From Methanomassiliicoccales archaeon (GTDB taxonomy: Archaea; Thermoplasmatota; Thermoplasmata; Methanomassiliicoccales; JACIVX01): a DNA stretch of 64,000 nt. Below the pieces are notes generated by a model that saw only the letters and a list, made by a program, of their open reading frames with translations, was not told where the DNA came from and made no database searches. This document shows positions 48,571-59,268 of the stretch, piece by piece. The stretch covers positions 3,871-67,870 of the forward strand of contig JARYLV010000003.1 in the NCBI GenBank assembly GCA_029907465.1, in the 5' to 3' direction. The position numbers were made by a program, and so were the translations under genes. Each line of letters begins with the position of its first letter. The first letter of the stretch is position 1.

Positions 48571-50949
48571 CTACAATCGATATTCTTTGATCCTGTCAGC
48601 CATTTCCGATAGTCGTTTCTGCACTAGGTCGTTGATCGACCCCTTTTCGAAAGTTCCATCTGGCATTCTTTGACCAGCCTTGACACCCGTCAGGATTTCT
48701 ATGCCCTCGTCAATTGTTTTGACTGGATAAATGTGGAACTTGCCTTCCTTTACGGCCTTGACAACTTCTTCCTTCAGCATGAGATTCTGAACATTGCTTT
48801 GAGGTATCACAACACCCTGCTTCCCAGTGAGACCTTTGAACCTGCACACTTCGAAGAATCCCTCAATTTTCTCATTGACGCCACCAATCGCTTGGACCTC
48901 TCCTTTCTGGTTGACTGATCCTGTGACAGCAAGGTACTGTTTAATCGGTTTTCCTGAAAGAGCTGAAAGAATAGCATAAAGCTCGGTGCTCGATGCACTG
49001 TCACCATCAACTCCACTGTAACTCTGTTCAAAAACAATCTTTGCGGTGAGACTTAGAGGTTTCTCACGTGCGTATCGATCATTGAGATAACCGCCCAGTA
49101 TCATCACGCCTTTCGTGTGCGTTGGCCCGCCCATTTGCGCTTCTCTTTCAATATCAACAATGCCTTCACGACCGACACCAATGCTTGCTGTGATTTTGCT
49201 CGGTCTGCCAAATGTATAGTCCCCAACAGACATCACCGCAAGACCATTCACCTGTCCGACCCTTTCACCATCAGTGTCTATCAAGAGGAGACCTTTCATA
49301 ATGGCCTCGCGTATCTTTTCCTGAATCATGTTTGAGCGATAGACCCTTTCCTCGAGGGCCTTATCAACATGTTCTTTGCCGATCAGTCTTGCATTGTCCT
49401 GGCGTGCATAGTAGTTCGCCTCTCGGATCACATCTGATATTTCAGAAAATCGAGTCGATAACTTGTTCTGATCCTCTGCTAGTCTCGAGCCGTATTCAAC
49501 AATAGCCGCAAGTCCACTTGGATTGAGGTGTAGGAGGTGTTCCTTTTCGCAGAGAGTGCATATGAACGACGCATACTTTCTAGTATTCTCGTCATTTCTC
49601 TCCATGGTCGTATCGAAATCTGCCTTTACCTTGAAAAGTTCCCGGAAATCTTTGTCCAAAGAATAGAGCAAATCGTAGAATATCGGATTGCCTATGAGAA
49701 TGACTTTTGTCCTAAAGGGGATCGGTCCTGGCCTAAGAGTTTTTGTGACCACATAGCCAAATTTCACAGCAGGCTCTTCGATTTCGAGAACTTCATTTGC
49801 CAATGATTGTTTAAGACTCTCCCAAATAAGAGGGTCCCTCAGGAGCTCCTCAACCGGTAACACGAGAAATCCGCCATTTGCCTTGTGCGCAGCGCCACCA
49901 CGGATCATCGTAAAATCAGTTACAAGAGCGCCAAATTTGGCCTCTTTTTCCGTGACGCCGAACAAACGGCCATATGAAGGATTGAGCTCAATCACCACGG
50001 GTGCGCCTTGAAGATTTGAATTGTCGACAATGAGATTGACGGCGTAATTCTTCATAGGGTCTGCCGGTGGCGTGAGAAAAGGAATTTGAGCTTCTTTCTG
50101 CTGGCCCTGAAGAATAACGGGGAGATTTTCGATTATGTTCTCCTGCACTTCCTCCAAGAATTCAAGCACGTCCTTTGAGTCACCAAATTCCTCACGAAAT
50201 GACGTAAGAAAGGGCTCCATAGCAAAATTCGCTACCTGCTTGTTTAAATCGCTAACAATCTCTTCTGCTCGTCTCTCCAAGTCTCTTAGAGACCTGAAGA
50301 CGGCGAAAATCTTGTTCTGAACTACCTCCCTTTTTTTCTGTATTCTTTGCTGCATCGCAGGTGGCAGATGAAGGAATTCTTCATCGGTGATCGGCCTCCC
50401 ATCGACAACTGGAATCAATATTAACCCAATCTGAGACTGTTGTATTACGAACCCGCCCTCTTCCGCGATTTTATTGACAGATTTGCTAAGCTCACTTCTC
50501 TCTTCCTCGATCGATCTAAGCAAGACTGTCCGCTTGTTAATATAATCATCACTCTCAAATGCTGATTTTAATGCAGTTGTGATTCCAGCAACGAATTTTT
50601 CCATTTCCTTCTTGAATTTGCTCCCCTTGCCTGGCGGGAGACCTATCGCTTTCGGTCTTGTTGGATCTTTAAAATTGTTGACGTAGCACCAATCATTCGG
50701 AACAGGTCTCGATCTCGCGACCTCTTTGACAAAATCAACGATTGCGGTGCGCCTACCCGTTCCAGGGATCCCAGAAACATAAATATTGAAGCCTTTGTTC
50801 TCGATATTGAGCCCGAATTGAAGCGCTTTAACTGCCCGTTCCTGACCAATAATCCCAACAAGAGGAGTGAGATCAGCCGAGGATTCACATTCAAAAAATA
50901 TTTCTGGACAAACATTTCTGCATTGGTCAAAAGATAATTCACTTGGCAT
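48571..50949 (-). CDS. Lon-like protease (COG1067/LonC-like): AAA-like domain plus Lon Ser-Lys protease domain, no TM insertion
   Basis: The P-loop-like sequence GIPGTGRRT has Arg at the Walker A Lys position. The C-terminal Lon protease domain carries GVDGDSASSTELYAILSAL and a downstream Lys region. Confidence 0.85.
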   Translation of the reverse strand: MPSELSFDQCRNVCPEIFFECESSADLTPLVGIIGQERAVKALQFGLNIENKGFNIYVSGIPGTGRRTAIVDFVKEVARSRPVPNDWCYVNNFKDPTRPKAIGLPPGKGSKFKKEMEKFVAGITTALKSAFESDDYINKRTVLLRSIEEERSELSKSVNKIAEEGGFVIQQSQIGLILIPVVDGRPITDEEFLHLPPAMQQRIQKKREVVQNKIFAVFRSLRDLERRAEEIVSDLNKQVANFAMEPFLTSFREEFGDSKDVLEFLEEVQENIIENLPVILQGQQKEAQIPFLTPPADPMKNYAVNLIVDNSNLQGAPVVIELNPSYGRLFGVTEKEAKFGALVTDFTMIRGGAAHKANGGFLVLPVEELLRDPLIWESLKQSLANEVLEIEEPAVKFGYVVTKTLRPGPIPFRTKVILIGNPIFYDLLYSLDKDFRELFKVKADFDTTMERNDENTRKYASFICTLCEKEHLLHLNPSGLAAIVEYGSRLAEDQNKLSTRFSEISDVIREANYYARQDNARLIGKEHVDKALEERVYRSNMIQEKIREAIMKGLLLIDTDGERVGQVNGLAVMSVGDYTFGRPSKITASIGVGREGIVDIEREAQMGGPTHTKGVMILGGYLNDRYAREKPLSLTAKIVFEQSYSGVDGDSASSTELYAILSALSGKPIKQYLAVTGSVNQKGEVQAIGGVNEKIEGFFEVCRFKGLTGKQGVVIPQSNVQNLMLKEEVVKAVKEGKFHIYPVKTIDEGIEILTGVKAGQRMPDGTFEKGSINDLVQKRLSEMADRIKEYRL

Positions 50950-51212
50950 TGTCTCAAGTGTCCATCAATGATTTTTATTTATTATTGGAGGTGCTCATAC
51001 TAAAGAATTGCTATGATCAAGCTAATAACGAAAAGCGTTGAAATTATACCATGATTCAACGATGTGAACAATAAGCATACGAAATGCCGCCAAATTTATT
51101 GCAAAATACCCTTTTTTTCGCAAAATTAACCCGAATATGTTGACAAGCTCCGAAGAAAGAGGGCAAGGTTTATTTAATATACCATGGTAAGGGGAAGGGA
51201 ATGCAAACGGGC

Positions 51213-52673
51213 ATGAAGATTCCAAGATGTATGAGCACTCAGCATCCCGACAACGTTAACGTCCCATTCTTCGCGGAGAGCGCGGAGTTGGGAGGGGAGG
51301 ACGAAATCCAGGAAGCCTATTACGTTTTCTCACATCTTGGATGCGATGAGCAGATGTGGGATTGTGAGGGAAAAGAAGTCGATAATTTCGTCGTGAAGAA
51401 ATTACTAACGAAATATGATCTTTACTTCAAGGATCACAGAATTGGAAAAGATGTTTTCATCACTCCGCGGGTGCCGAATCCGACTGTAGAAAAAGAAGAA
51501 GCAAAAATATTGCTGGAAACCCTAGAAAGCATACCCAGATCGTTCGACACGGCAAAACTTTTTTATGGCGATGACATCCCGCCGATTTTTGAAGTCATTT
51601 TGCCGATGACGGCATCTGCGAAATGCTTGGACAGGGTATATCGCTACTATAGGGATTTTGTTGTTGGAAAACAGGTAAAGGCATTCAAGAAAGGCGATAT
51701 CACAATTGCTGAGTGGATTGGAAGGTTCGAACCCGAACGGATTAACGTTATTCCGCTCTTTGAGGAACTTGACCACATGCTGAATGCACACAAAATCACA
51801 CGCGAATACCTCGAAGATAAGGAAATTCTTCACCAGAGGGTCTTCCTGGCGAGGTCAGACCCAGCAATGAACTATGGATTTATCAGTGCGGTGCTCATCA
51901 ACAAAGTGGCTCTATTTAGACTGCAACGTCTTGAGGAGGAGAGCACTGTCCGACTCTATCCAATTATTGGTATCGGCTCCGTTCCTTTCAGGGGGGGATT
52001 CAGACCTGAAACAGTGGAGAGAGTAATGGACGAATATCCTTCCGTGCATACATTTACAGTACAATCATCGTTCAAATACGATAATCCACCTGAAAAGGTC
52101 AAAAACGCGATTGAAAAGATCAAAGAGAGGAAACCCAACAAGGCTCACGAAGTTGACGAAAAGAAATGCCTTGAAATCGTCGAGAAATACTCGAAAGAAT
52201 ATAGGAATCAGGTCACACAGCTAGCGATGTTGATCAACGAAATGGCAAAATTCGTACCGAGTAGGAGAAAAAGGAAGCTCCACATCGGACTTTTCGGTTA
52301 TTCCCGCAGTATAGGGGGTGTGAAACTCCCGAGAGCGATCACATTTACCTCAGCACTATACTCGATAGGGCTACCTCCAGAAGTGCTCGGTCTTAACGCT
52401 CTTGACGACAGAGATCTAGAATTCATCCGCGAAGTCTTCGTTCATTTTGATGATAGTATGAGAGATGCTTTGCGCTATCTCAACCCTGATTCACTCGGTC
52501 TCGTGCACGCGGATTTGAAGAAGGCTATCGATAGACTTGATCTTGACTATGAAATTGATGAAACCCATCGAAAACTCACGCGTGAAATGGTGGATATCTT
52601 GAGACATCGATCGGGAAAAGATATGAGCGAGATTCTAGTACGCGCTGCCCATCTTCGCGGATTCCTTGGTTGA
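51213..52673 (+). CDS. ppcA: archaeal-type phosphoenolpyruvate carboxylase
   Basis: The N-terminal MKIPRCMSTQHPDNV signature is present. The length of about 486 aa is typical of archaeal-type PEPC. Confidence 0.9.
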   Translation: MKIPRCMSTQHPDNVNVPFFAESAELGGEDEIQEAYYVFSHLGCDEQMWDCEGKEVDNFVVKKLLTKYDLYFKDHRIGKDVFITPRVPNPTVEKEEAKILLETLESIPRSFDTAKLFYGDDIPPIFEVILPMTASAKCLDRVYRYYRDFVVGKQVKAFKKGDITIAEWIGRFEPERINVIPLFEELDHMLNAHKITREYLEDKEILHQRVFLARSDPAMNYGFISAVLINKVALFRLQRLEEESTVRLYPIIGIGSVPFRGGFRPETVERVMDEYPSVHTFTVQSSFKYDNPPEKVKNAIEKIKERKPNKAHEVDEKKCLEIVEKYSKEYRNQVTQLAMLINEMAKFVPSRRKRKLHIGLFGYSRSIGGVKLPRAITFTSALYSIGLPPEVLGLNALDDRDLEFIREVFVHFDDSMRDALRYLNPDSLGLVHADLKKAIDRLDLDYEIDETHRKLTREMVDILRHRSGKDMSEILVRAAHLRGFLG

Positions 52674-53093
52674 ATGGCCACAGAATCAAGAGAACGAAAC
52701 GATAGAAACGATGAAAGGTGGTCTCCTGCTCATGGATCTACACCTGATAGATATTATCGATTATTTTAGTTAAACCAAAGGGGAATTTTCAGTATTCATC
52801 AATTTTGACTGACCAATATAACTGGCAAAGGAATTCAACACGCACATTCTCCAACATCCCGATGACCGAGACGTCATGATGAACGCGCAAGATCGAGATC
52901 CTAAATGAAATCATTGAAACAGTCCTTCGTTCTTAACCGGGCCAGTGCTTGCTATAGGAGTGATTCTTGTTGAGGATAAAGTCCAATTTCTTGGCTTACC
53001 CCCCCCTGATTACCAACCTTTGGATTATAAAAATAAGAGATCAATATGGAACAATAGGGTGATCGGTATCTCTGGCAAGCCCTCAAGTAGGTC

Positions 53094-53579
53094 CTAGTCC
53101 TGTAGGTGCGAGTCTTTATTATTATAAGAACAAGTTTTCCCAGGGTCGAGTAGTTCAAAACCAGTATTCTGATCCTTCTTCCTGATCGCGTCCGCTTCTT
53201 TCAACTCGATCAAAATGACCTCGATCACTTTCCATGTCTCAACACCCTTTCTTAGGCAACCAACAACTGCGTCATTATTTCTCCCCAGGGCACCATGTAT
53301 GTGCGATATTGGATAACCGCTTTCATTAAGAAAGATGGTTCCAATGCCGAGCACTTCATGCACATTTGAAAAGGGTAACAACATCGGGACGATTGACTGG
53401 GTATCGGAATCAGAGGGGCCCACTACAATATTCCCGCGTTGCGCCCCTCCGACGAGGATGATAAATGCAGAAGAAATGCCGTGTTCCATAGCAAATTTTT
53501 CCAATGACTTGTGAACGATCTCGCCGTCTTCGAGTCGGATAACGAAGATACGCCCCTGCTTCGCTTCGCAATATTTCAT
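53094..53579 (-). CDS. PPC/DUF296 domain protein (COG1661-type)
   Basis: The sequence reads MKYCEAKQGRIFVIRLEDGEIVHKSLEKFAMEHGISSAFIILVGG...HIHGALG. An internal ATG is preferred over the track start at 53702. Confidence 0.7.
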   Translation of the reverse strand: MKYCEAKQGRIFVIRLEDGEIVHKSLEKFAMEHGISSAFIILVGGAQRGNIVVGPSDSDTQSIVPMLLPFSNVHEVLGIGTIFLNESGYPISHIHGALGRNNDAVVGCLRKGVETWKVIEVILIELKEADAIRKKDQNTGFELLDPGKTCSYNNKDSHLQD

Positions 53580-53781
53580 AAAATTCAACCCCATACCCGA
53601 TCCAATAATAGCCGAATTGAGAGCTAAAACATATGCATTCCTAAATGAACATTTGGGAAGATTCGTGAAACAGAGTAGTATATTGTATTGTAGACTTATC
53701 ATAAAAAACTGAAGACTTTCTGTGTTGTCTTTTCAATAAAGCACGCAAAATAATTAAAAAAAGAGAGGGTTATTTCAGTTC

Positions 53782-55425
53782 TCAGTCACCGAGGTCCTCC
53801 TCGCCGCCACCCTCTTTTCCTTTACCAGCTGTACCTGATTTGGTCTCACCCTTCGCAGCGATGACGTCATCGATCCTCAGGATCATGACCGCGGCATCGG
53901 TCGCAGAGTTGATCGCTTGTCTCCCAACACGCAAGGGTTCGATGACGTTTTCCTTGAGCATGTCAGTTATTTTGCCTGTGAAGACATTGACACCCGCGTG
54001 CTTCTCGCCACTCTTGTGAGCTTTTCTAAGCTCGATCAGTATGTCGATGGGATCCAGGCCGGCGTTTTCAGCGAGTGCGGTCGGGATGACCTCGAGCGCT
54101 GCCGCGAACGCATCGATCGCAATCTGCTCTCTACCGCTCACGGTGGCCGCGTATTCCCTCAGTTTCATTGCGAGCTCGACGGCTGTAGACCCGCCGCCAG
54201 TGATCATCTTGCCGTCTTCAATCGCAACCGCGACGACATTCAGCGCGTCATCGAGTGACCGCTCCATCTCATCGACGACGTGCTCGGTCCCACCGCGAAT
54301 GAGAATCGAGACAGCCTTCGGGTTCTTGCAGCCCGTGACGAAGGTCATCTCGTCCTCCTGGATCTTTCTGACTTCTACGAGATCAGCGGTACCGAGATCG
54401 GAGGGTTCTAGCTCACTGAACTTGTTAACAATGTTCGCGCCAGTCGCTTTCGCCAACTTTTCCATGTCCGACTCTTTCACCCTTCGGACCGCGAAGATCT
54501 TCTCCTTTGCAAGGAAGTGCTGAGCCAGGTCATCAATCCCTTTCTGACAGAACAGCACGTTTGCACCGGCTTTCTTGACGTATTCGACCATCTTCTTTAG
54601 CATGTTTTCTTCTTCGGCAAGGAATGCCTGCATCTGAGAAGGATCACTGATCTGAATCTTTGCCTCGACCTCTGTCTTTTTGATCTCCATCGCTCCGTTG
54701 ACGAGCGCGATCTTTGCCTTTTCGATCTTTCTTGGCATAGCAGGATGTACAGGCTCCTTGTCGACGATTATTCCCTTGATAATCTCTGTGTCCTCCATCG
54801 AACCGCCCTGTTTCTTAACGATCTGAACATTGTCCTTCAAATCGACAATCCACTTGCCGTCGCGCCGCTCTGCGACCGTTGCAACTGCCTCGACTGCGAG
54901 ATTTGCAAGGTGTTCTCTCGAGGCCGAAACGGCTTTACTGATCATCGCGGTCATTGCGATCTTCTTCAAAGTATCCTTATCATCAGGCCTCACTGGGATG
55001 GCAAGTGAATCGAGAATCTCCGTGGCTTTCTGTGCGGCCATCCTGTAACCCTGCGCAATGATCGTCGGATGGACATCAGCATCGATCAGGTCCAAGGCTT
55101 TCTTCAGAAGCTCACCGGCAAGAACCGCAGCCGTTGTCGTGCCATCGCCACACTCCTCGTCCTGGGCCTTCGAGACTTCAACTAGCATTTTTGCAGCTGG
55201 GTGCTGGACGTCCATCTCCTTGAGAATTGTCACACCATCATTTGTAATGACGACGTCCCCCATGCTGTCAACCAGCATCTTGTCCATTCCTCTCGGACCC
55301 AGGGAACTTCTCACAGCATCCGCAACGGCCCTTGCGGCCATAATGTTATTGTACTGAGCATCACGACCTCTTTCTCTCTTGGTACCCTCTTTCAATATAA
55401 GTATCGGTGTTCCAGCCATTCCCAT
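53782..55425 (-). CDS. ths: thermosome subunit (group II chaperonin)
   Basis: Motifs include GDGTTT and [21 protein letters not shown]. An AAGGAGGTGG Shine-Dalgarno lies at 55440-55431. The start is ATG 55425 or ATG 55419. Confidence 0.95.
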   Translation of the reverse strand: MGMAGTPILILKEGTKRERGRDAQYNNIMAARAVADAVRSSLGPRGMDKMLVDSMGDVVITNDGVTILKEMDVQHPAAKMLVEVSKAQDEECGDGTTTAAVLAGELLKKALDLIDADVHPTIIAQGYRMAAQKATEILDSLAIPVRPDDKDTLKKIAMTAMISKAVSASREHLANLAVEAVATVAERRDGKWIVDLKDNVQIVKKQGGSMEDTEIIKGIIVDKEPVHPAMPRKIEKAKIALVNGAMEIKKTEVEAKIQISDPSQMQAFLAEEENMLKKMVEYVKKAGANVLFCQKGIDDLAQHFLAKEKIFAVRRVKESDMEKLAKATGANIVNKFSELEPSDLGTADLVEVRKIQEDEMTFVTGCKNPKAVSILIRGGTEHVVDEMERSLDDALNVVAVAIEDGKMITGGGSTAVELAMKLREYAATVSGREQIAIDAFAAALEVIPTALAENAGLDPIDILIELRKAHKSGEKHAGVNVFTGKITDMLKENVIEPLRVGRQAINSATDAAVMILRIDDVIAAKGETKSGTAGKGKEGGGEEDLGD

Positions 55426-55551
55426 TAAACCCACCTCCTTAGGGAATTGCTTTCGAAAGATGCCCGAATGTCGTTACCCCTTATGTGTTTGTTCTTCTAT
55501 ATAAAAATTTCGTTTAATGGCCCATCTGTCGTTGTACTTGAGCCAGCAGAT

Positions 55552-56340
55552 TTAATTCTGGCGCCGATAAATGGTTTTCCATTCAGCATAGGCGTCGTCG
55601 AAAGTACGGCTCTTAATCAATAAATCGAGGAATTCAAGATGTTCCTTGATTCTCATTGAAATCGCATCATCTGGCATCTCACGTCCCTGCTTCATATGCC
55701 ATCTCATTTCCGATCTAAGAACATCAAGGGGGAGCACTGGCGAGTCGACAATAACCCTTTTCACCTCTATCCCCTCGGACCTCAGCATCTCTTCGAGGTC
55801 CCCAGAAGAATCGACACAAACCGAATGACCGGTTAATTCAGACTTCAATCTCCTTGCATCTGACTCCGACTCCTTTCGAGCCAGGTCTATTTCCTCGCAC
55901 AACAGCTCCTTCCATTTAGAGATCTCGATTCTTCCAGATCTTGCGCGGAGTGCCAATATCACGTACTCCATTGCAATCTGTCTTTCAGAATCGAAGGAAG
56001 CGATGTCCCTGTAACACCTAACTTTTCTTTCGGGAGGAGCATGAGAGATCCCTTTAATCAAAGGTTCCCAGGACGCCACGATCTGTCTATCCTCCGGCAA
56101 ATGGATAATACCTGAGCTCTCCATCTCCTCGATGACATACTGGAATTCAAATCCCTCCCTTAGCGCTGCAATCGCATCTTCCCACGCTCGAGGGAGCGGT
56201 AAAAAAATCGATTTCCAATCAATACTTTCCAGCACGTCAAGAACCTTTCTTCTCGACCATGTCGTCTGGACAGACGAAATAAGGGTAATATCCTTCTTCT
56301 TCACATCTTCCCTATCCTTTGCGATTTCGGCAGGCGTCAT
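55552..56340 (-). CDS. hypothetical protein (262 aa)
   Basis: The ORF is long, non-overlapping and has normal amino-acid composition. I recognise no domain. Confidence 0.5.
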   Translation of the reverse strand: MTPAEIAKDREDVKKKDITLISSVQTTWSRRKVLDVLESIDWKSIFLPLPRAWEDAIAALREGFEFQYVIEEMESSGIIHLPEDRQIVASWEPLIKGISHAPPERKVRCYRDIASFDSERQIAMEYVILALRARSGRIEISKWKELLCEEIDLARKESESDARRLKSELTGHSVCVDSSGDLEEMLRSEGIEVKRVIVDSPVLPLDVLRSEMRWHMKQGREMPDDAISMRIKEHLEFLDLLIKSRTFDDAYAEWKTIYRRQN

Positions 56341-56503
56341 CCATTCATCTCCACTTACATTATAATCTTAATTTAACACTACAAAATTTTTTCGTGGTCA
56401 CAAAAAATTCAGAAGATTTGAAATATATATGATCCAAGAAAATGGGTTAAACGAAAAGGGTAGACTCCTATCTGCTTGCGGATCCCCAGTAAGATCTTCT
56501 GCT

Positions 56504-57400
56504 CTAGACCTCCAAATGGAGAAGGTGTTTGATTACATATCCAAGAACGAAGGAAATTAGTGCGATACCAAGACTCACTAGAAGCATCTGCCCAAAGCGC
56601 CTACCGAGCTTCAAATCCTTAGCGACACAGAGGTGGTAGTTGAAAATAAAGATGAGGATAACAGCATTGACAATAATGATCGCAAGCGCACTGATCGGCG
56701 GGATTCCTATCAGAAGTGGCCATATCAATATGAGTATCGTGAGCATGTATGCGACAACGGTATACGCAGCGGAACCGATAGGCGTCTGATGCCCTTTCTC
56801 CCAAATCGCCGCCAGGTATTCAGAACTGGCCAGGCTCAATGAGCTGACGGAACCTGTGATCAGTGCTACGATGCCGATTATAAGACTTTCATTGAAAACG
56901 AAAGAGAGACCCGCTACTTCACCAGTTATTTCAACGATGCCATCATTCATTCCCCGCACAATGGATCCAGTATAATGAAGTCTCTTCTCGTCGATCAGAC
57001 CAATCAATTCTTCCTCATGGGACACCTCGTCTTCAACGAGCCGTTCGACTCCAGAGTAGTCCTTAGTAAGAGTACCATATACTTTCTGGGCTCGAGCCTC
57101 GTGCTGTTCCATCAACTTGATCGCGAAAATGATGCCAAACAACCTTGAAAGCAAAAGATAAAAGAGAATTCTTATTCTATCCGGCTTAACATCACGTCCA
57201 GACTTCTTTTTCCAGAACTCATAGTGAGCCAATTCATCATTAGAAATCTTGCGTAAAATTTCCTTATTTTCTTTTCCTCTGATAATATTAGCCAAACGAG
57301 CGTAGAACCGAGATAGCGTAATTTCATTCTTTTGATATGCAAGAATCTCTTTCAAATCGCCATTGGCACTCATCACAACCTCATATTTGGATGCCGACAT
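56504..57400 (-). CDS. VIT1/CCC1-family iron/manganese transporter with an N-terminal ferritin-like domain
   Basis: The N-terminal ferritin-like helices carry E..H pairs (ELAHYEFW, EVSHEEEL). The VIT membrane domain follows (GMNDGIVEITGEVAG...). Confidence 0.8.
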   Translation of the reverse strand: MSASKYEVVMSANGDLKEILAYQKNEITLSRFYARLANIIRGKENKEILRKISNDELAHYEFWKKKSGRDVKPDRIRILFYLLLSRLFGIIFAIKLMEQHEARAQKVYGTLTKDYSGVERLVEDEVSHEEELIGLIDEKRLHYTGSIVRGMNDGIVEITGEVAGLSFVFNESLIIGIVALITGSVSSLSLASSEYLAAIWEKGHQTPIGSAAYTVVAYMLTILILIWPLLIGIPPISALAIIIVNAVILIFIFNYHLCVAKDLKLGRRFGQMLLVSLGIALISFVLGYVIKHLLHLEV

Positions 57401-57715
57401 ATTTTAGTATTGGCAACAAATTCCGCTGATTCGTTGCGATTTCAAGAATATTCATTCAACACGATTTCCTAATCAATCAAGAGACGGCTATCAAGAATTC
57501 TTTTTCATTTTGACCTGATCTTCGGTATGCTGGATGCTAAATATTCACACGAGTGAGAACAATTGGGACGCAGTCTGATACTTGTGATACCACCAATAGC
57601 ATGGCGTCTTAAGTGATATACTTCCTTTTTCGGGCTCCTGTTTCCTAAAAGTGAACGAGAGAGCGTGAGAAATAAAAGATTAGGAAGTCTACCATCAGAA
57701 TTGGGTGTCCAATTG

Positions 57716-58498
57716 TCACAAATAAAGCATTGCTTCAGATATCCGTTTTCCGGAAAACCAGTATCCTTTCATCTCGAGACGATACACATTCGAGGGATCG
57801 ATGATGAGATGACCCGTTATCTCAGGATTATTGTTAAGTAGGTAGAAACCAGGCTCAGGCATTTTTTCGTTCTTATACATTCTCGATAGATGTTTTGATG
57901 CTGACGGATTCTTGATTCGACTCACTTTTACAACAATCTCAAGCCATTTCTCTAGTCCCTGCTTAGATTTTAGGAGGGAGAGCTCATTGAAAATAAAATC
58001 CTTATCCTCCTTTGTCAACCGCGTGTTCGTATTTGGATGCGAGTGGAAACCGCCGACGATCGCAAATCCAACTGCGCTCACAGTGCTGTGGAGCCTGTTC
58101 CTTGCTGCGAGGTTTCCATAAGTTACCGAAGTCCTCGCGCGCTCTGCAGTTTGAATTGGATAAGCGAGATCAATCGCCACGCACGACCTGAATTTATTGA
58201 CGATGAATCTCTTATCCTCATGTCCCAATAGCAAACCCATTGACTCAGTTCCAGGAATCTCGACGACTGACATCAAAAGTGAAGAGAACGCATTGGCCTC
58301 AAGCACGGCGGGAAGCTGAATCCTATATGTCATATTACCCACCCGCATCAGAATAATCTGCAACCTCACAATCAGCCGAACCTGTTCAAATATTTTTATG
58401 ATATCAAATCTCAAACAATAAACACAGTACTGAGTTGTCTCTGACCCTATGAGGAAATCCTTCCGTTTGAGATTAATAGACTCCAAATCCTCGCACAT
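57716..58498 (-). CDS. JAMM/MPN+ family metalloprotease-like protein with a roughly 100-aa C-terminal extension
   Basis: The Glu motif reads TESMGLLLG. The metal motif HSHPNTNTRLTKED fits HxHx7(S/T)xxD with Thr in place of Ser. The start is uncertain; ATG 58333 is plausible. Confidence 0.65.
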   Translation of the reverse strand: MCEDLESINLKRKDFLIGSETTQYCVYCLRFDIIKIFEQVRLIVRLQIILMRVGNMTYRIQLPAVLEANAFSSLLMSVVEIPGTESMGLLLGHEDKRFIVNKFRSCVAIDLAYPIQTAERARTSVTYGNLAARNRLHSTVSAVGFAIVGGFHSHPNTNTRLTKEDKDFIFNELSLLKSKQGLEKWLEIVVKVSRIKNPSASKHLSRMYKNEKMPEPGFYLLNNNPEITGHLIIDPSNVYRLEMKGYWFSGKRISEAMLYL

Positions 58499-58594
58499 GG
58501 CTGGGAAGTTTTATCTCAGTTGAAGTTGCCAGTTCATATCCCAAGCAATGCGTCAAAATTATTTTTAATACAGCACCCATTATTGATCATACAC

Positions 58595-58999
58595 ATGAGA
58601 TACACGGTTATCGGCCATACAGCAGATACGATGATAAAGGCATTTGGCTCAAATATCGAGGAGTGCTTCGCGAACGCAGCCTACGGAATGTTCGACCAGA
58701 TAGTTGATGCTGAAAAGATTGAGCCGAAAATTCAATACACGTTCAGCGTCGATGGCGAAGACAAAGAATCGCTTCTCTATAATTTCTTATCAGAATTGCT
58801 CTACCTTTTTGACGCAAAGAGGTTACTGTTCTCAAAATTCGATATTTCGATCGAAGGGAACGTCCTAAGATGTACGGCATGGGGGGAGGCATTTGACCCG
58901 AAGAAACATTCACCAAAAAAGGAGATTAAAGCCGTCACTTATCACATGCTGAAGGTCGATGAAGTTGAGCACTCAGCCACAGTATTATTTGACATATAA
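58595..58999 (+). CDS. archease
   Basis: The N-terminus reads MRYTVIGHTADTMIKAFG. The C-terminus contains IKAVTYHML. ATG 58595 is preferred over the track start. Confidence 0.9.
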   Translation: MRYTVIGHTADTMIKAFGSNIEECFANAAYGMFDQIVDAEKIEPKIQYTFSVDGEDKESLLYNFLSELLYLFDAKRLLFSKFDISIEGNVLRCTAWGEAFDPKKHSPKKEIKAVTYHMLKVDEVEHSATVLFDI

Positions 59000-59268
59000 C
59001 TAAAAGAAGGGGCCTCTTGAAACGCAAATTCTGAATTTCTCGACTCTATACATTGTAAGAAGTTAATGGCTCAATAAATGACTGGAGAAACGATATAGTA
59101 TGGAAAAAACGAAAAGAGGAGCTGGAGCTGACAAGATATACCCTTGCCTCGAGGTATGAAGAAGTCTTTGAGATGACCTTTTCCTATCTTCCAGAAAAGA
59201 AACGAAGTGGATGATTTCGATGCAACAAATTCGGTTCCTGAGGCAAGCATTCGAGATTAAGTGCAGGA

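Noticed and set aside
52674-53093. A 420-bp gap after ppcA, containing a 31-codon ORF (MATESRERNDRNDERWSPAHGSTPDRYYRLF) that starts 1 nt after the ppcA stop, plus a weak C/D-box-like GATGA...CTGA pair
   Set aside because: The box sequences do not match RUGAUGA/CUGA with proper spacing or terminal pairing. The short ORF has no supporting Shine-Dalgarno sequence or recognisable features. The evidence is too weak to call.
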